DNA from: Bdellovibrionales bacterium
Lineage (GTDB): Bacteria > Bdellovibrionota > UBA1018 > CAIMNF01
DNA: 64,000 nt
Assembly (NCBI GenBank): GCA_040380025.1
Contig: JBEIJY010000003.1
Location: 1-64,000, forward strand
Direction of reading: 5' to 3'
Within the stretch, counting starts at the first letter, position 1. The number at the start of each line of letters is the position of its first letter. The notes below the pieces were generated by a model. The model had not been told where the DNA came from, made no database searches, and worked only from the letters and a program-made list of their open reading frames with translations. The translations under genes and the position numbers were made by a program. Positions 63,378 through 64,000 of this stretch are shown here, piece after piece.

Positions 63378-64000
63378 TTACGAGCTCGCGCTCTGGTAGC
63401 GTCGCAAGCCGGCTCGCCACAAAAAGCGAATCAGCAATCCGTAGCCTGCCAGAACCGCAAGCACGAGCGGATACACCCAGATCGAGATTTTTCCGGTCAG
63501 TACCTGGGCCGGAATCGAGCCCATGAAGGCGAAGGGTAGAGCGGTCTTCAGGAGGTATCGAATCGCTTTCGGGTAGATCGCCTCGGGTTTGTTTGCGAGC
63601 GCGTAGAGCTGATAGTAGAGGTGCGAGACCGAGATTCCCCGCTCAAGCCAGAACACCCAGATCACAAAAAAGAACCGAAGCAGGTATTGGGTCGCAAGCC
63701 CGATCAACACCCACAGCACGAGCTCGGCCCATCCCCATCCTCCTGCGAATCCCGCCGCTGGCCCGTAGTGGTTCACGATGAAGATCCCGAGGGCGAGATT
63801 CACGATCTGCGAAAAGTTGATGTCCCGAAAGGTGGCAAGAAAAGCCGTGTTGATCGGCTTCGTGAGCAGAATGTCGAGATCCCCCTGGTTGATCATGTAC
63901 GGCAGGGTCCAGAACGATCGCTGAAAGAACGTCGTGAAGAGCGTGTCGCTACAAACAAATATGCCCAAAAAAAAGAACACCTGCTCCCGGGTCCAACCAT
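63378..64000 (-). CDS. ABC-2 family transporter permease (5' end outside window)
   Basis: Frame open to the window edge (GWTREQVFFFLG); INQGDLD..LTKP, LPFAF...PA, GLRRYQSASS. Confidence 0.85.
   Translation of the reverse strand, partial: GWTREQVFFFLGIFVCSDTLFTTFFQRSFWTLPYMINQGDLDILLTKPINTAFLATFRDINFSQIVNLALGIFIVNHYGPAAGFAGGWGWAELVLWVLIGLATQYLLRFFFVIWVFWLERGISVSHLYYQLYALANKPEAIYPKAIRYLLKTALPFAFMGSIPAQVLTGKISIWVYPLVLAVLAGYGLLIRFLWRAGLRRYQSASS

Overview
A GC-rich bacterial chromosome segment made up mostly of housekeeping genes. Gene content and order suggest Bdellovibrionota (inference, not a database result). Left part: an AT-rich DnaA-box-like patch, rodZ-like/TPR/rlmD/bamE-like genes, lepA, pyrB-pyrC-carA, a Cys-rich NlpC/P60-like gene pair, LPS-type glycosyltransferases, a minimal RecQ and meaB. 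Centre: tRNA cluster-tuf-tRNA-Trp-secE-nusG-rplKAJL-rpoBC-tRNA-Val, then an accessory envelope block (beta-barrels, a 14-repeat RCC1 lipoprotein, a secreted methyltransferase-like protein, czcC/czcA without an adaptor). Right part: rpsB-tsf-pyrH-frr-uppS-cdsA-rseP (no dxr)-tsaB-pssA, a CFI-box/beta-barrel fusion protein, truA, a trigger factor with a His-rich insert, and a secreted PLD. The best candidate for an undescribed system is at the right end: a plasmid-type (HTH-ParA + ParB) partition cassette among chromosomal genes, preceded by three copies of a non-canonical 18-bp palindrome CGGTCGCC-NN-GGCGACCG and an operator-like inverted repeat over its promoter. Other notable signals are the CFI-box/barrel fusion with a possible internal signal-peptidase site and a recurring pattern of -10 boxes 7-10 nt upstream of start codons (leaderless mRNAs). 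No CRISPR array, rRNA, integrase or transposase was seen.
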